Assembly (NCBI GenBank): GCA_031256635.1
Contig: JAIRQF010000081.1
Coordinates: 458-64,457 of the forward strand
DNA length: 64,000 nucleotides
Reading direction: 5' to 3'
Source of the DNA: Treponema sp.
Lineage (GTDB): Bacteria; Spirochaetota; Spirochaetia; Treponematales; Breznakiellaceae
A program made the position numbers and the translations under genes. The notes under the pieces were generated by a model. It was not told the DNA's origin, made no database searches, and worked only from the letters and a program-made list of their open reading frames with translations. This document shows positions 29,336 through 39,177 of this stretch, one piece after another. Positions within the stretch are counted from its first letter, which is position 1. Each line of letters starts with the position of its first letter.

Positions 29336-30814
29336 ATGGATATACAGCAAAAAAAGCAATCTTTTAAATGGGTCTGGATTACATCAACTGTCATTTTCTG
29401 CGTTTTATTTACTTTCGCGATAATTCCCGGAGCGGCAGCGCAGGGGAACCAAAATTCTGCGCAGAGACAGAATTACGCAAATCTGATGCAAAATGTTTTT
29501 AACTTTATTGTTCAGAATTATGTTGATGAAGTAGACCCGCATGCGCTTTTTGAAGGCGCGATGAACGGAATGTTCGGCGCTTTGAATGATCCGTACTCAA
29601 TCTATATGACTGAATCAGATATGAAAGACATAAACGACACAACGCAGGGAAATTTCGGCGGAGTCGGACTTAATATAACAAAAGCCACATCCCCGCGTCC
29701 TGACGGAAAACCGATGTGGGTAGAAGTCGCCTCACCTATTGAAGATACTCCCGGATGGCGGGCCGGAATTAATCCCGGCGATTTTATCACGGAGATTAAC
29801 GGGATCCCGACTGAAACCATTACGATGGACGAAGTGCTTGGTATGTTAAGAGGAACGCCGGGAGAGAGCGTAAGGCTTGTAATAAAACGCGGCGACAGGC
29901 TGGAATTTCCTGTTACGATTACCAGAGCCATTATTGAAGTGCCTACGGCAAAACATGCAATGATCGGCAGTATCGGCTATTTAAAGCTCCTTACTTTTAC
30001 GCCCTTTACCGCGGACAGAGCAAGGGACGCGGTTCTTGAATTCCAGAAAAACAACTACACCGGATTGATTCTGGACTTAAGGAATAATTACGGCGGACTG
30101 CTGGATTCGGCAGTTAAAGTATCCGATTTGTTTCTTGACGGTGGAGTTGTTGTAAGCATCAAATCAAGAATCTCTTATGAAAACCGCGTTTTTAACGCTG
30201 CCCGGACAGCGCTTGTTCCGGATAATATTCCGGTTATCGTTTTGATTAACAGAGGTTCCGCTTCTGCCTCGGAAATTGTCGCAGGCGCTCTTAAAGACAG
30301 GGGCCGGGCTTATCTTGTCGGAGAAAATTCATTTGGCAAAGGCTCAGTGCAAGGGGTCTTTCCGCTGAATAACGCCGGGTTTAGAATTACTACCGCCCGT
30401 TATTATACTCCAAGCGATGTAAATATTGATAAAGTCGGTATTCCGCCCGATCGTGAAATTTCGTTTCCCTCATATACAGAAGAAGACGCTATTCATATGA
30501 ACGAGCTTATAAACGCGAACAGGATCCCGGTATTTGTCGGTCAAAATCCGCAAGCGAGCGCCGCTCAGGTTGATGAGTTTGCCCGTGTTCTGCAGAGCGA
30601 ATACAGGCTTGATCTGCCGCTTCTCAGACGGTTAATCAGAGACGAGCTAAACCGAACAACTCTTGCTCCTGTTTATGACCTGGAATACGATGTTCAACTG
30701 CAGGAAGCTGTTAATATTTTACGCAGCGGCAATTATAACCTCTTGCTGCAGAACGCAAAGAGTCTGCGGGCATTGCAGGAGGAATCCGAAAACGAATTCG
30801 CGTTTGCGTCCTAG
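29336..30814 (+). CDS. ctpA: S41 C-terminal processing protease
   Basis: DPYS, PDZ domain, DLRNNYGG, SASASEI, FGKGSVQ. Confidence 0.92.
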   Translation: MDIQQKKQSFKWVWITSTVIFCVLFTFAIIPGAAAQGNQNSAQRQNYANLMQNVFNFIVQNYVDEVDPHALFEGAMNGMFGALNDPYSIYMTESDMKDINDTTQGNFGGVGLNITKATSPRPDGKPMWVEVASPIEDTPGWRAGINPGDFITEINGIPTETITMDEVLGMLRGTPGESVRLVIKRGDRLEFPVTITRAIIEVPTAKHAMIGSIGYLKLLTFTPFTADRARDAVLEFQKNNYTGLILDLRNNYGGLLDSAVKVSDLFLDGGVVVSIKSRISYENRVFNAARTALVPDNIPVIVLINRGSASASEIVAGALKDRGRAYLVGENSFGKGSVQGVFPLNNAGFRITTARYYTPSDVNIDKVGIPPDREISFPSYTEEDAIHMNELINANRIPVFVGQNPQASAAQVDEFARVLQSEYRLDLPLLRRLIRDELNRTTLAPVYDLEYDVQLQEAVNILRSGNYNLLLQNAKSLRALQEESENEFAFAS

Positions 30815-30820
30815 TGAATT

Positions 30821-31618
30821 TTGAAGCAGTTTATTCTTAAAAGCGGGCCTGACAGTGAAAATCTGATTAAGCTTGAAGGAAGCGATTATCATTATCTTGT
30901 TAATGTCCGCCGCCTTGCTGTAGGTGAATTTTTCCCGGCGCTTCTGCACGGCGGCGAAGAGGTAGTTATTCAGGTAGTTTCTATCGATCATGGCGTACTA
31001 ACCGGTAAATGTACGCTTTCCGCTCCACAAACCGGGAGTTCTTCGGAGGTTTTACCTCAAATCATTTTATTTCAGGCGCTTCCAAAAGGCGACAAGATGG
31101 ATTTGATCGTGCGACAGGCGGCGGAAGGCGGCATTGCCGCAATTGTTCCGTTTGTATCGGAATTCTCGGTTGGCAGAACTGGCGGACAGAAATTTTCCCG
31201 GTGGGAACGGATTATTAAAGAAGCAAGGCAGCAATGCGGCTCAAAGACTGCCACATCGCTTAATCCACCTGTGTCAATGAATGAATTATTCGAATATTGG
31301 AAATCATTGAATGGCGAACCGCTGGGACTTTTGTTTCACCATTTACCGCGGCAGGGTCTTGAACATGAAAGCCTTCACGGGTATCTTATTAGTAATCCCA
31401 AAGTAATTGTGCCGGTTATAGGACCGGAAGGGGGATTTTCCGAAAGGGAAGTTATCCTTTTTCTTGAAAACGGTTTCAGGTCTTTTACAATCGGGGATAC
31501 TGTTTTGCGTACTGAAACAGCGGCTCTTTACTGCGCTGCCGCAATACGGATTTTACTGTTGGAGAGGGATTCGTGGGAACTGAAACAGACAAAGAAGGGG
31601 AATGTCCGCAGCGCGTAG
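30821..31618 (+). CDS. rsmE: 16S rRNA m3U1498 methyltransferase
   Basis: EARQQCG, IGPEGGFS, LRTETA. Confidence 0.93.
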   Translation: MKQFILKSGPDSENLIKLEGSDYHYLVNVRRLAVGEFFPALLHGGEEVVIQVVSIDHGVLTGKCTLSAPQTGSSSEVLPQIILFQALPKGDKMDLIVRQAAEGGIAAIVPFVSEFSVGRTGGQKFSRWERIIKEARQQCGSKTATSLNPPVSMNELFEYWKSLNGEPLGLLFHHLPRQGLEHESLHGYLISNPKVIVPVIGPEGGFSEREVILFLENGFRSFTIGDTVLRTETAALYCAAAIRILLLERDSWELKQTKKGNVRSA

Positions 31619-32337
31619 AATTTTTAAAAGTTCCGGTTGATATTGTCACACCCGATCAGCTAAGCTCCATTGTTTATGACCTTCTAAAAACCAAAAAAGA
31701 ACATAACATTGTTCTTCTTTCTCTCTGGGATCTGCTTCGCGCAAGAAGGAACGGCGAGTACCGTTCCTATGTTTTAAAAGCTACATTGGTTGTTCCAATT
31801 TCCAAAAGCCTTATAAGCGGTATCAAATTCCTTACGGGTAAAAAAGCGCACCGGTACATGCCATTCGATTTTATCATCAGCGTTCTGACCATTCTGGAGA
31901 ACCGCGAGTTTACCTGTTATCTGCTCGGCGGCAAAAGAAAAATTCTGCAAAAAACCGAGCAAAATATCCGGCAGACTTTTCCCAAACTGCGCGTTGTAGG
32001 GCGTTTCCCCGGTTATTTTAAACGGCATGAAGAGCCTACCATCATCAAAGCCATAAAGAAATCGTCTCCTTCGCTGCTATTGGTCGGCAGAGGCGTCCGC
32101 GGCAAGGAACGCTGGATATCCAGAAATAACCTTGTGCTTGGAGAAGGCATGAGGCTGTGGTGCAGCGATATTTTCGATGTTTTTGCCGAAAAGAAAAAAC
32201 ACCCGTCGCGGGCCGCATTTAACGCCGGACTTGAATGGATAGGCTATTGCTTCCAAAAACCGATGAAATTTTTCAGAATTTTTCCGTACATCGGCTATAA
32301 GTTCCTGCTGCTGTATTATAAGTTATTCAAAAAATAG
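31573..32337 (+). CDS. WecB/TagA/CpsF family glycosyltransferase
   Basis: YLLGG, FPKLRVVG..GYF, LLVG.G...E.WI. Confidence 0.82.
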   Translation: MGTETDKEGECPQRVEFLKVPVDIVTPDQLSSIVYDLLKTKKEHNIVLLSLWDLLRARRNGEYRSYVLKATLVVPISKSLISGIKFLTGKKAHRYMPFDFIISVLTILENREFTCYLLGGKRKILQKTEQNIRQTFPKLRVVGRFPGYFKRHEEPTIIKAIKKSSPSLLLVGRGVRGKERWISRNNLVLGEGMRLWCSDIFDVFAEKKKHPSRAAFNAGLEWIGYCFQKPMKFFRIFPYIGYKFLLLYYKLFKK

Positions 32338-32349
32338 GGCTGCCAGTGT

Positions 32350-33357
32350 TTACTGGTACATTATAATATAAGGCCGCGGATTAAGCGCGTATACTTCGCT
32401 TGGCGTCATCAGCGGGTTATCATAGCCTGCGCCCGGTATTCCGAGATTGTAAAAAAGCTTAAAAGATTTAAGCGGCATATTTAGCGCGCGCGCGTTGTAA
32501 GCGTAAGTATTGCGTTTTATATTGGGAGGGCCGAAACCGTCCGCGCAGTGTATAAGCCTGACCCTGTTAAAATCAGTTTTTACATCAATGCGGTCCCTAA
32601 TCATTACATGGTTGAATTGATGAATTACAAGCATGCGTTCGCCCGGAATATTGTTCTCGATCATATAATCTTCCATCACCTGCTGCGCGCGGATAATCTC
32701 TTCGGCCGTAACATGACCGACTTCTTCCATTGGTTTTGTTGTCCGCCATTCCGGATCGAGGGCAAGATGAACATTCGGGTAACGCAGATACGGCAGCATT
32801 CTTCTGAGCGAATCAATCGGATCATACCGGCCTATCTGATGATCGATAAAAACCAGAATATCATTTTTTAATCCGTATTCAATGTACCGCATAAGCGTGT
32901 CATTCGCCAGAATTCCGATTTCTCCGCGCGGCCAGACAGTTCCGTAAATTAAATAAAACGCCTTTTTTACTTTACGGCCTCCGCTTACAGCTTCATATTC
33001 GGCGGCCAGCGTTGTAAGCATTTGATCCAGTTCTTCAATCGAATGGCGTCCCAAGATGCCCATGTTCCGCGATGCCGGATGGCCGTAATACGCTAGTATA
33101 TCGTTATTCAAAAGAAATGAAATTTGATACTCCGCCATTATACTGATGCTTTCCGCTTCTTCCCTTGTATAAACCCAATAGGGACGGGAATTTTCAGCTC
33201 TTTTCCAGTTGTTAATTGTTTCTGTAAAAAGCATGTGCGGAAAGACAGGCGCGTTTTTATTAAAAATATTTATATCCGGTATTGTGGCATATGCCTGTAA
33301 GGCGGAACATAATATTAACGGTAATAATAAATACTGGATGTTTTTTTTTGACAGCAT
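32350..33357 (-). CDS. Secreted conserved hypothetical protein (possible TIM-barrel)
   Basis: Signal peptide; AYYGHP, HLALDPEW, HQF, DGFG motifs. Confidence 0.7.
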   Translation of the reverse strand: MLSKKNIQYLLLPLILCSALQAYATIPDINIFNKNAPVFPHMLFTETINNWKRAENSRPYWVYTREEAESISIMAEYQISFLLNNDILAYYGHPASRNMGILGRHSIEELDQMLTTLAAEYEAVSGGRKVKKAFYLIYGTVWPRGEIGILANDTLMRYIEYGLKNDILVFIDHQIGRYDPIDSLRRMLPYLRYPNVHLALDPEWRTTKPMEEVGHVTAEEIIRAQQVMEDYMIENNIPGERMLVIHQFNHVMIRDRIDVKTDFNRVRLIHCADGFGPPNIKRNTYAYNARALNMPLKSFKLFYNLGIPGAGYDNPLMTPSEVYALNPRPYIIMYQ

Positions 33358-33415
33358 ATCTATTAAATTTCGGCATCCTGCGTTTATTTATGAATATCCA
33401 TATGATTCCGCGCAA

Positions 33416-34270
33416 TTATAACCAAAGATTAATTTTATGCAGCTTTGTGCAAATGAACCATGTTCCGAATACCAATATGGAAATACCCGGAAGCGGACCT
33501 ATCCAGTTATCTGTATTTAACAGTATATGTCTGCCGGCGAGAGCAAGCATGATCCCGGCCGCGACATAATTATATTCTTTTGAGTCATTGTTTTTGGCGG
33601 AAATCAGGAAACTGACCGTTGTTGTAATGAAAACAACAAGCTCAATTAGTCTGAATATTGTATTAAAACCTGTCACCATGTTTATGGATGTGTCCCGGTT
33701 TAACACATCTATGGGAACGCCGATTGTAATAATCATGGCCGCGATAATCATAACAAAAATAACATAGCGGATTTTCTGCACTTCCAGCCCGGCTGAACAT
33801 ATACCGGCGGCAAATAACGAAAAAACACCGAAGAATCTGGTAAAAAGCAGCATTTGCGACGCAGCACGCACATAAACAGAGGGAAAATTGTAGATTAAAT
33901 ACAAAGGTAAAATTAGACGGATTACCTCAAATGATAATGAAATTGTAAAAATGGCGATATATAAAATTTCAGGCGCTGATGTTCGTTCAAAGAAGTAATA
34001 TATCAGGATCATTGTCACCAATGAAAAAACCGCCAATATTCCCAAAGAAGCGTGAACGGCATAGAAATTAAATCCCAGAAAACGGCTGGTAACGGCATGG
34101 AAGATACTCGAAGGGCGCTGTGTCGTTTCCTCAAGACTGAGGCGTAAACTGCTGTCTGTCTCCCTGTAATTAGGTATTATCAGAAAGGAAGCCGCGATTA
34201 TCAACAGTGTGCAAACAGCGCAAAAGGCAATTCCTGCTTTAAAAAAGGTGTTTCTTTCAGAAAGAGTCAT
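33416..34270 (-). CDS. Hypothetical polytopic membrane protein
   Basis: About 8 hydrophobic segments; start ATG 34270 preceded by a sigma70-like promoter. Confidence 0.75.
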   Translation of the reverse strand: MTLSERNTFFKAGIAFCAVCTLLIIAASFLIIPNYRETDSSLRLSLEETTQRPSSIFHAVTSRFLGFNFYAVHASLGILAVFSLVTMILIYYFFERTSAPEILYIAIFTISLSFEVIRLILPLYLIYNFPSVYVRAASQMLLFTRFFGVFSLFAAGICSAGLEVQKIRYVIFVMIIAAMIITIGVPIDVLNRDTSINMVTGFNTIFRLIELVVFITTTVSFLISAKNNDSKEYNYVAAGIMLALAGRHILLNTDNWIGPLPGISILVFGTWFICTKLHKINLWL

Positions 34271-34349
34271 TTTGATAAGTGTATCCCAGCAGGCTGTTTT
34301 CCTCAAGACAGGAAATGAAATTCCGATAATGAGAATTAAGGGGAACTCT

Positions 34350-35051
34350 ATGTTATTGAAAAGAAACGTATTAATATTTGTGTTAATTCATTTAATATGC
34401 GTTTCTGCCATATGGGCAGGAGATACTGCCGTTTTTGTTGATTTGGGGTTCTCTCCTGACGGCAGAACTTATATGTTTGGACAGCATGGAGTATTATCGC
34501 CGTCTTTGCGGCCTTGGGCTGATTTATACATAGTAGACGTTGCAAGTAATAATTTTGTTCCAAACGGCAGAATTACCAGCACACAGACCGCCGCGATTAG
34601 AGCCGGGCAGGATGGCTCCGGTGTTCTGCATCAGCTTGTTTCCGGCAACGCGGCCCTTACCAGCCGTCATAACATTAATTTCCAGAACCAGGGACTGCCT
34701 CTGTATATCGCAAGGGATGAAAATCCTCCTTCCCGCGGCGAGAGAGTCACTTTCCGCGATTTTCTGTCCGGATGCAGTTATACGGCTCAGTTAATTCCCA
34801 CAATTACAGGATCAGGCCAGAATGTAAGTTCCAGATTTCATATAACGCTGGAAGCCGCGTCAGCCAATGGCCAGGTAAAAACTTATACTGTCGGTACTCC
34901 TTCACTGGTGCGCCAGAAGATTGCCCAATATAACATTAAAAGAGTTCTGATCGATCCAAGCGGCAGCTCAATTATTTTTATTATTGAAATGAGACGCGCC
35001 GCGGAAAACGGATTTGATATCAGATATATGGCGGAAGCTGTCAGGCTCTAA
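34350..35051 (+). CDS. Secreted protein, DUF2259-like
   Basis: AWA-GD..F..LGFSPDG..Y.FGQ.G motif; start ATG 34350 with RBS AAGGGG. Confidence 0.72.
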   Translation: MLLKRNVLIFVLIHLICVSAIWAGDTAVFVDLGFSPDGRTYMFGQHGVLSPSLRPWADLYIVDVASNNFVPNGRITSTQTAAIRAGQDGSGVLHQLVSGNAALTSRHNINFQNQGLPLYIARDENPPSRGERVTFRDFLSGCSYTAQLIPTITGSGQNVSSRFHITLEAASANGQVKTYTVGTPSLVRQKIAQYNIKRVLIDPSGSSIIFIIEMRRAAENGFDIRYMAEAVRL

Positions 35052-35158
35052 TGTCCTGTTATATTCCGTTTGCAAAATAACAAAATGCGTTAATTCCTTA
35101 TTACATAAGGAATTAACTTAACTGTACAATCCGTTATTTGTATAAGACAGGACACTAG
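35048..35158. mobile_element. 111-bp MITE-like element, copy B
   Basis: Near-identical to 14864-14974; fills the whole gap between two convergent genes and contains both stop codons. Confidence 0.85.
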
Positions 35159-36003
35159 GCGACATATGCCTGTAATTTTCTTGCGCGCACCGGGTTTCTA
35201 AGCCTTGAAAGGGCTTTTTCTTCGATCTGGCGGATGCGTTCCTTGCTTAAATTGTAACGCGCGCCAATTTCTTTCAGCGACATTGCCTGCATGCCAAGAC
35301 CGAAGTGGCAGCGTATAATATCTGCCTCGTCTTTTTCAAGAGAATTAAGGACTTTTTCAATATCATCTTTCATAATATTTTGTTCCGCGTTGTTGTCAGG
35401 AGAAACATAGCGGGTATCTTCAATTACCTCGCTTAACATCACGTTATTGTATTCCGTCATGGGATTATCCAAAGACAGTATTTCCCTTGATATTTCAAGA
35501 AGATCAGTGACATGATTTTTTTCCATGCTCAGTAATTCCGCAATTTCCCGGATTTCTTCTTCGGGCGACTGATGCTTATCAACAAATTTGACGGCTTTTT
35601 CAATTTTTACGAGATCTGCGGCGCGGTTAACGGGAAGCCTGATCATTCTAGCCTTCTCGCACAGCGCGCTCATAATTGCCTGGCGTATCCACCAAACCGC
35701 GTATGAAATAAAGTGATAACCTTTTTCCGCGTCAAAACGATCAGCGGCATTGATAAGGCCGATATTGCCCTCGCTGATTAAATCATCAAGCGGGAGCCCG
35801 AGTCCCTGGTATTTTTTAGCAACGGTAACAACAAAGCGCAGATTTGAGTTTACAAGTTTTTCTCTTGCGGCCATGCTGCCGGAGGCTGCCGCGAGAGCTG
35901 TTTCTTTTTCTTCTTCCCTGGTTAACAGGGGGATGCAATTTATCTCTTTAAGATAAATACCAAGATTATCTTCACTTCCTTTTCTTTTTCTTGAACTGTT
36001 CAT
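35155..36003 (-). CDS. Sigma70-family alternative sigma factor lacking region 1.1 (RpoS-like)
   Basis: YLKEI..PLLT, NLRFVV, DLISEGNIGL, FISYAVWWIRQ, SKERIRQIE. Start ATG 36003 (RBS AGGTGG) or GTG 36012. Confidence 0.9.
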   Translation of the reverse strand: MNSSRKRKGSEDNLGIYLKEINCIPLLTREEEKETALAAASGSMAAREKLVNSNLRFVVTVAKKYQGLGLPLDDLISEGNIGLINAADRFDAEKGYHFISYAVWWIRQAIMSALCEKARMIRLPVNRAADLVKIEKAVKFVDKHQSPEEEIREIAELLSMEKNHVTDLLEISREILSLDNPMTEYNNVMLSEVIEDTRYVSPDNNAEQNIMKDDIEKVLNSLEKDEADIIRCHFGLGMQAMSLKEIGARYNLSKERIRQIEEKALSRLRNPVRARKLQAYVA

Positions 36004-36104
36004 ATTTTCCACCTTTTTTTAATAAAGACAGGCATTAACTGTCTTAAAATGACAAACAATTGCAGGTATCCAATTAACCGGCTATCATTTCTCATTGATA
36101 AGGT

Positions 36105-36121
36105 AGCAAGAACCGTGCCAA
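36105..36121 (-). promoter_or_regulatory. Sigma54 (RpoN) -24/-12 promoter
   Basis: TTGGCACGGTTCTTGCT matches the TGGCACG-N4-TTGCW consensus exactly, oriented toward the sigma gene about 100 nt upstream of its start. Confidence 0.85.
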
Positions 36122-36384
36122 GTAAATTTCATTAAAATTACACCAATTAAACAGAATAAATTGACATTAATAATATTTTTGTCCAAAACATGGTACATAG
36201 TAATGGGAATATTGACGCATATGTCAAAATAGACCAATAAACTGTGTCATTTTGGCCAATGTTTATCATCAATATGATAATTACCGGTTATACTAATGAA
36301 AATAACTTGAAAAATTTAAAAATTTAGATAAAATGTGTTAATAGCCGACATATTAAAGAGGAAATCTAAAAAGTGGGGTATTAA

Positions 36385-37881
36385 ATGGTTCCTGCTCCTG
36401 AACTGGTTGTAGATGAAAACAAAATAAAAAAAGCCATTCAATCGGGACTTCCCCTGACAATTACGACATACACCCTTCCCAAAGAGATAGAAATCTATAT
36501 AGAACAGGTAGTTGAGTCATTTCTCAGAAACATGAATCAGTCAAAGCTGAAGGATTATATTGTCTATTGCGTGCAGGAACTTGTTGTAAACGCAAAAAAA
36601 GCGAATACAAAACGGGTTTATTTTACGGAGCGCGGACTAAATATTAACAATGACAATGATTATGAAATAGGGATGGAAAATTTCAAAAATGAAACAATAA
36701 ACAACATTGCCCATTACCTTCAGCTTCAGAAAGAAAAAGGACTTTATATAAAGGTAATTTTGCAAATCAAGCGAAACGTTATTTATCTGGAAATACGGAA
36801 TAATGTAACAACAAATAAAATGGAGCAGCTGCGAATCCATGACAAGATGGCAAGATCAAGACAGTTCAATACTCTGGAAGACGCCCTTGCTCATGTGCTA
36901 GATGATTCCGAAGGCGCGGGACTTGGTCTTGTAATTCTCGCTTTAATGTTAAAAAAACTGGGACTTGATGAAGAAGCCTTTTCCATTAAAACAAATGGCA
37001 AATTTACAGTCGCAAGCATTTCAATCCCTCTTGAACAGGCATTGATAGACAACATGTCGGTTCTTTCCGATGAAATAGTGGAAAATATTAACAGCCTGCC
37101 GCATTTCCCGGAGAACATCTTAAATATACAAAAGCTTATCAATGACCCGAATTCAGACATGTCCACTATCGCCAGGCAAATATCAATGGATCCGGCGCTT
37201 ACCGCGGATTTGTTAAAAATAGTGAACTCCGCGCAATACATGCTTTCCAAAAAAGTTGATAATATTTCCGAGGCTGTAAAAATGATCGGGATCAAGGGCA
37301 TAAGGAATCTGCTTTATTCATACGGAACGCAGAAAGTCCTGGGCGATGATACGGCTGATAAAAAGAAATTGTGGGAACATTCGTACAAGACAGCTTTTTA
37401 TGGCTATAACATAGTCAAGAATTTCAGGAATGATTCAAATCTTCTGGACGATGTTTATGTCGGCGGCATATTACATGATATGGGAAAAATTATATTTTCA
37501 AATGTACATCCGGATCTGCTTGATAAAATAAAGGGATTCTGCGCGGAAAAAAATGTTCCCGCTTCTACATTTGAAGATCTTTCGGCAGGAATGAATCACG
37601 CGGAGCTTGGCGCGTTAATCGCCGAAAAATGGAATTTTCCGGACAGGTTAGTAGCGGCAATCCGCTATCATCATGACCCGGAAGCCGCGCCGCCTGACTG
37701 CAGGGATCTTGTCGACACGGTTTACATCGCAAACATGTTCTGCGAATACCAGAACAACAATATCACATTTGATCAAATTGATACCGAACCACTTGAGAAT
37801 CTGGGATTAAAAAACAAAAAACAGGTCGATAACCTTCTGGAACGTCTGTCAAAAGGATTTATAAAAGAAGGTCAGCTCTAA
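36385..37881 (+). CDS. HDOD-domain protein with N-terminal GHKL/anti-sigma-kinase-like region
   Basis: ELVVNAKKAN and GAGLGL boxes, then LPHFP, DPALTADLLKIVNS, LHDMGK, WNFP, HHDP. Confidence 0.82.
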   Translation: MVPAPELVVDENKIKKAIQSGLPLTITTYTLPKEIEIYIEQVVESFLRNMNQSKLKDYIVYCVQELVVNAKKANTKRVYFTERGLNINNDNDYEIGMENFKNETINNIAHYLQLQKEKGLYIKVILQIKRNVIYLEIRNNVTTNKMEQLRIHDKMARSRQFNTLEDALAHVLDDSEGAGLGLVILALMLKKLGLDEEAFSIKTNGKFTVASISIPLEQALIDNMSVLSDEIVENINSLPHFPENILNIQKLINDPNSDMSTIARQISMDPALTADLLKIVNSAQYMLSKKVDNISEAVKMIGIKGIRNLLYSYGTQKVLGDDTADKKKLWEHSYKTAFYGYNIVKNFRNDSNLLDDVYVGGILHDMGKIIFSNVHPDLLDKIKGFCAEKNVPASTFEDLSAGMNHAELGALIAEKWNFPDRLVAAIRYHHDPEAAPPDCRDLVDTVYIANMFCEYQNNNITFDQIDTEPLENLGLKNKKQVDNLLERLSKGFIKEGQL

Positions 37882-37885
37882 ACAA

Positions 37886-39130
37886 ATGGACAAATCCAGG
37901 ATGCTTGTTCTCAATATTAACGGAATGCTGCTCCAGGCATTCTTCTGGTTTGGTTCCTGTACATACATGGCGTTCATGATAACGACGCTTATTGATTACG
38001 GATGGCGGGCAAGTTCCGCAGCGTCGGCGATTACCGCAATGGCCATTATCGCCATGCTGGTGCAACCTGTTTATGGATTTGTCAGCGATAAATACTTTTT
38101 GGAAAAAAAACTGACCGTCTCATTACTGGCGGCAACAGCTGTCTTGTTCGCTTTGCTGCCGTTATCGCTTGGCTCCGGAAACATGTTTTTAATTCTGCTT
38201 AACATGACAGGAATTACAGTGACAGGAATGCAGATTAACGGATTACTTGACGCGTGGATTGTAGGATTAAAACAGGAATTCCCTTCCATCAATTACGGAC
38301 TGATAAGAGGATGCGGTTCTTTTGCATACGCGCTGTCCGCGCAATTAATGGGAGCGGTAACAGTTTCTTCCGGTCATGATATGCGGATGTGGATTGGCTG
38401 CGGATTCATCGCGCTAACTGCGGTTACTGCCCTGACTTTTCGTTCCGCAAGGCGCGGCAATTCTGATAATGCGCAGCAGTGTGCGGAACTTCCGGATATC
38501 AAAACAGAAAAAAAACCTGTCAGCCGGCTTACGGGCATGGAGGCGCTTAGGCTTGTATTCTCGTCAAAAAAATATGTCCTTCTGCTTTCTGTTTCATTCT
38601 TTCTGCTTTTAAGCAATGCCGCAATTACCACATTAATACAGCTTTTAACCCGTGACTTCGGCGGAACTACTGCGCAGATAGGAACAGCGACCGCTGTTAT
38701 GGCTTTCAGTGAAGTGCCATTTATGTTTATGATGGCATTTTTAATTAAAAAGGCCGGATATAAAAAGCTGCTGATAGTATGCAGCCTGGCCTATGCCGTG
38801 CGAATGTTCATCACGGCGTCTGTCAGCACGGTAAACGGCCTTATTTATGTTCAGCTCCTTCAGGGGCTTTCTTACGCAGTACTGCTGCCTGTTTCAATGA
38901 GCTATCTTTCCCAAATCATTGATGAACGCGTCAGATCGACGGCTGTCACTGTTTATACCGCCGTTACAAACGCTCTTACAGGCATACTCGGCAATCTTAT
39001 AACCTCCGCTTTTCTAACAGCCGGTTTTTCTGCGCAAAACGCGCTGGTTTTCTTTGTCATATCGGCGCTTATCGGTTTTATATTGACATTGTACGGCTGG
39101 ATACGCGGGATATGGGATATTACCGACTGA
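37886..39130 (+). CDS. MFS transporter (LacY/nucleoside symporter-like)
   Basis: About 12 TMs, GFVSDK, YGLIRGCGS, EVPFM. Confidence 0.85.
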   Translation: MDKSRMLVLNINGMLLQAFFWFGSCTYMAFMITTLIDYGWRASSAASAITAMAIIAMLVQPVYGFVSDKYFLEKKLTVSLLAATAVLFALLPLSLGSGNMFLILLNMTGITVTGMQINGLLDAWIVGLKQEFPSINYGLIRGCGSFAYALSAQLMGAVTVSSGHDMRMWIGCGFIALTAVTALTFRSARRGNSDNAQQCAELPDIKTEKKPVSRLTGMEALRLVFSSKKYVLLLSVSFFLLLSNAAITTLIQLLTRDFGGTTAQIGTATAVMAFSEVPFMFMMAFLIKKAGYKKLLIVCSLAYAVRMFITASVSTVNGLIYVQLLQGLSYAVLLPVSMSYLSQIIDERVRSTAVTVYTAVTNALTGILGNLITSAFLTAGFSAQNALVFFVISALIGFILTLYGWIRGIWDITD

Positions 39131-39177
39131 TTTATCATCTACACATACTCTTACATCCGTGTTATATTAAATGACTT

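Noticed and set aside
29287-29394. Head-to-head overlap of cyclase and ctpA as given in the ORF track
   Set aside because: Disappears when the cyclase starts at ATG 29286, which has an RBS.
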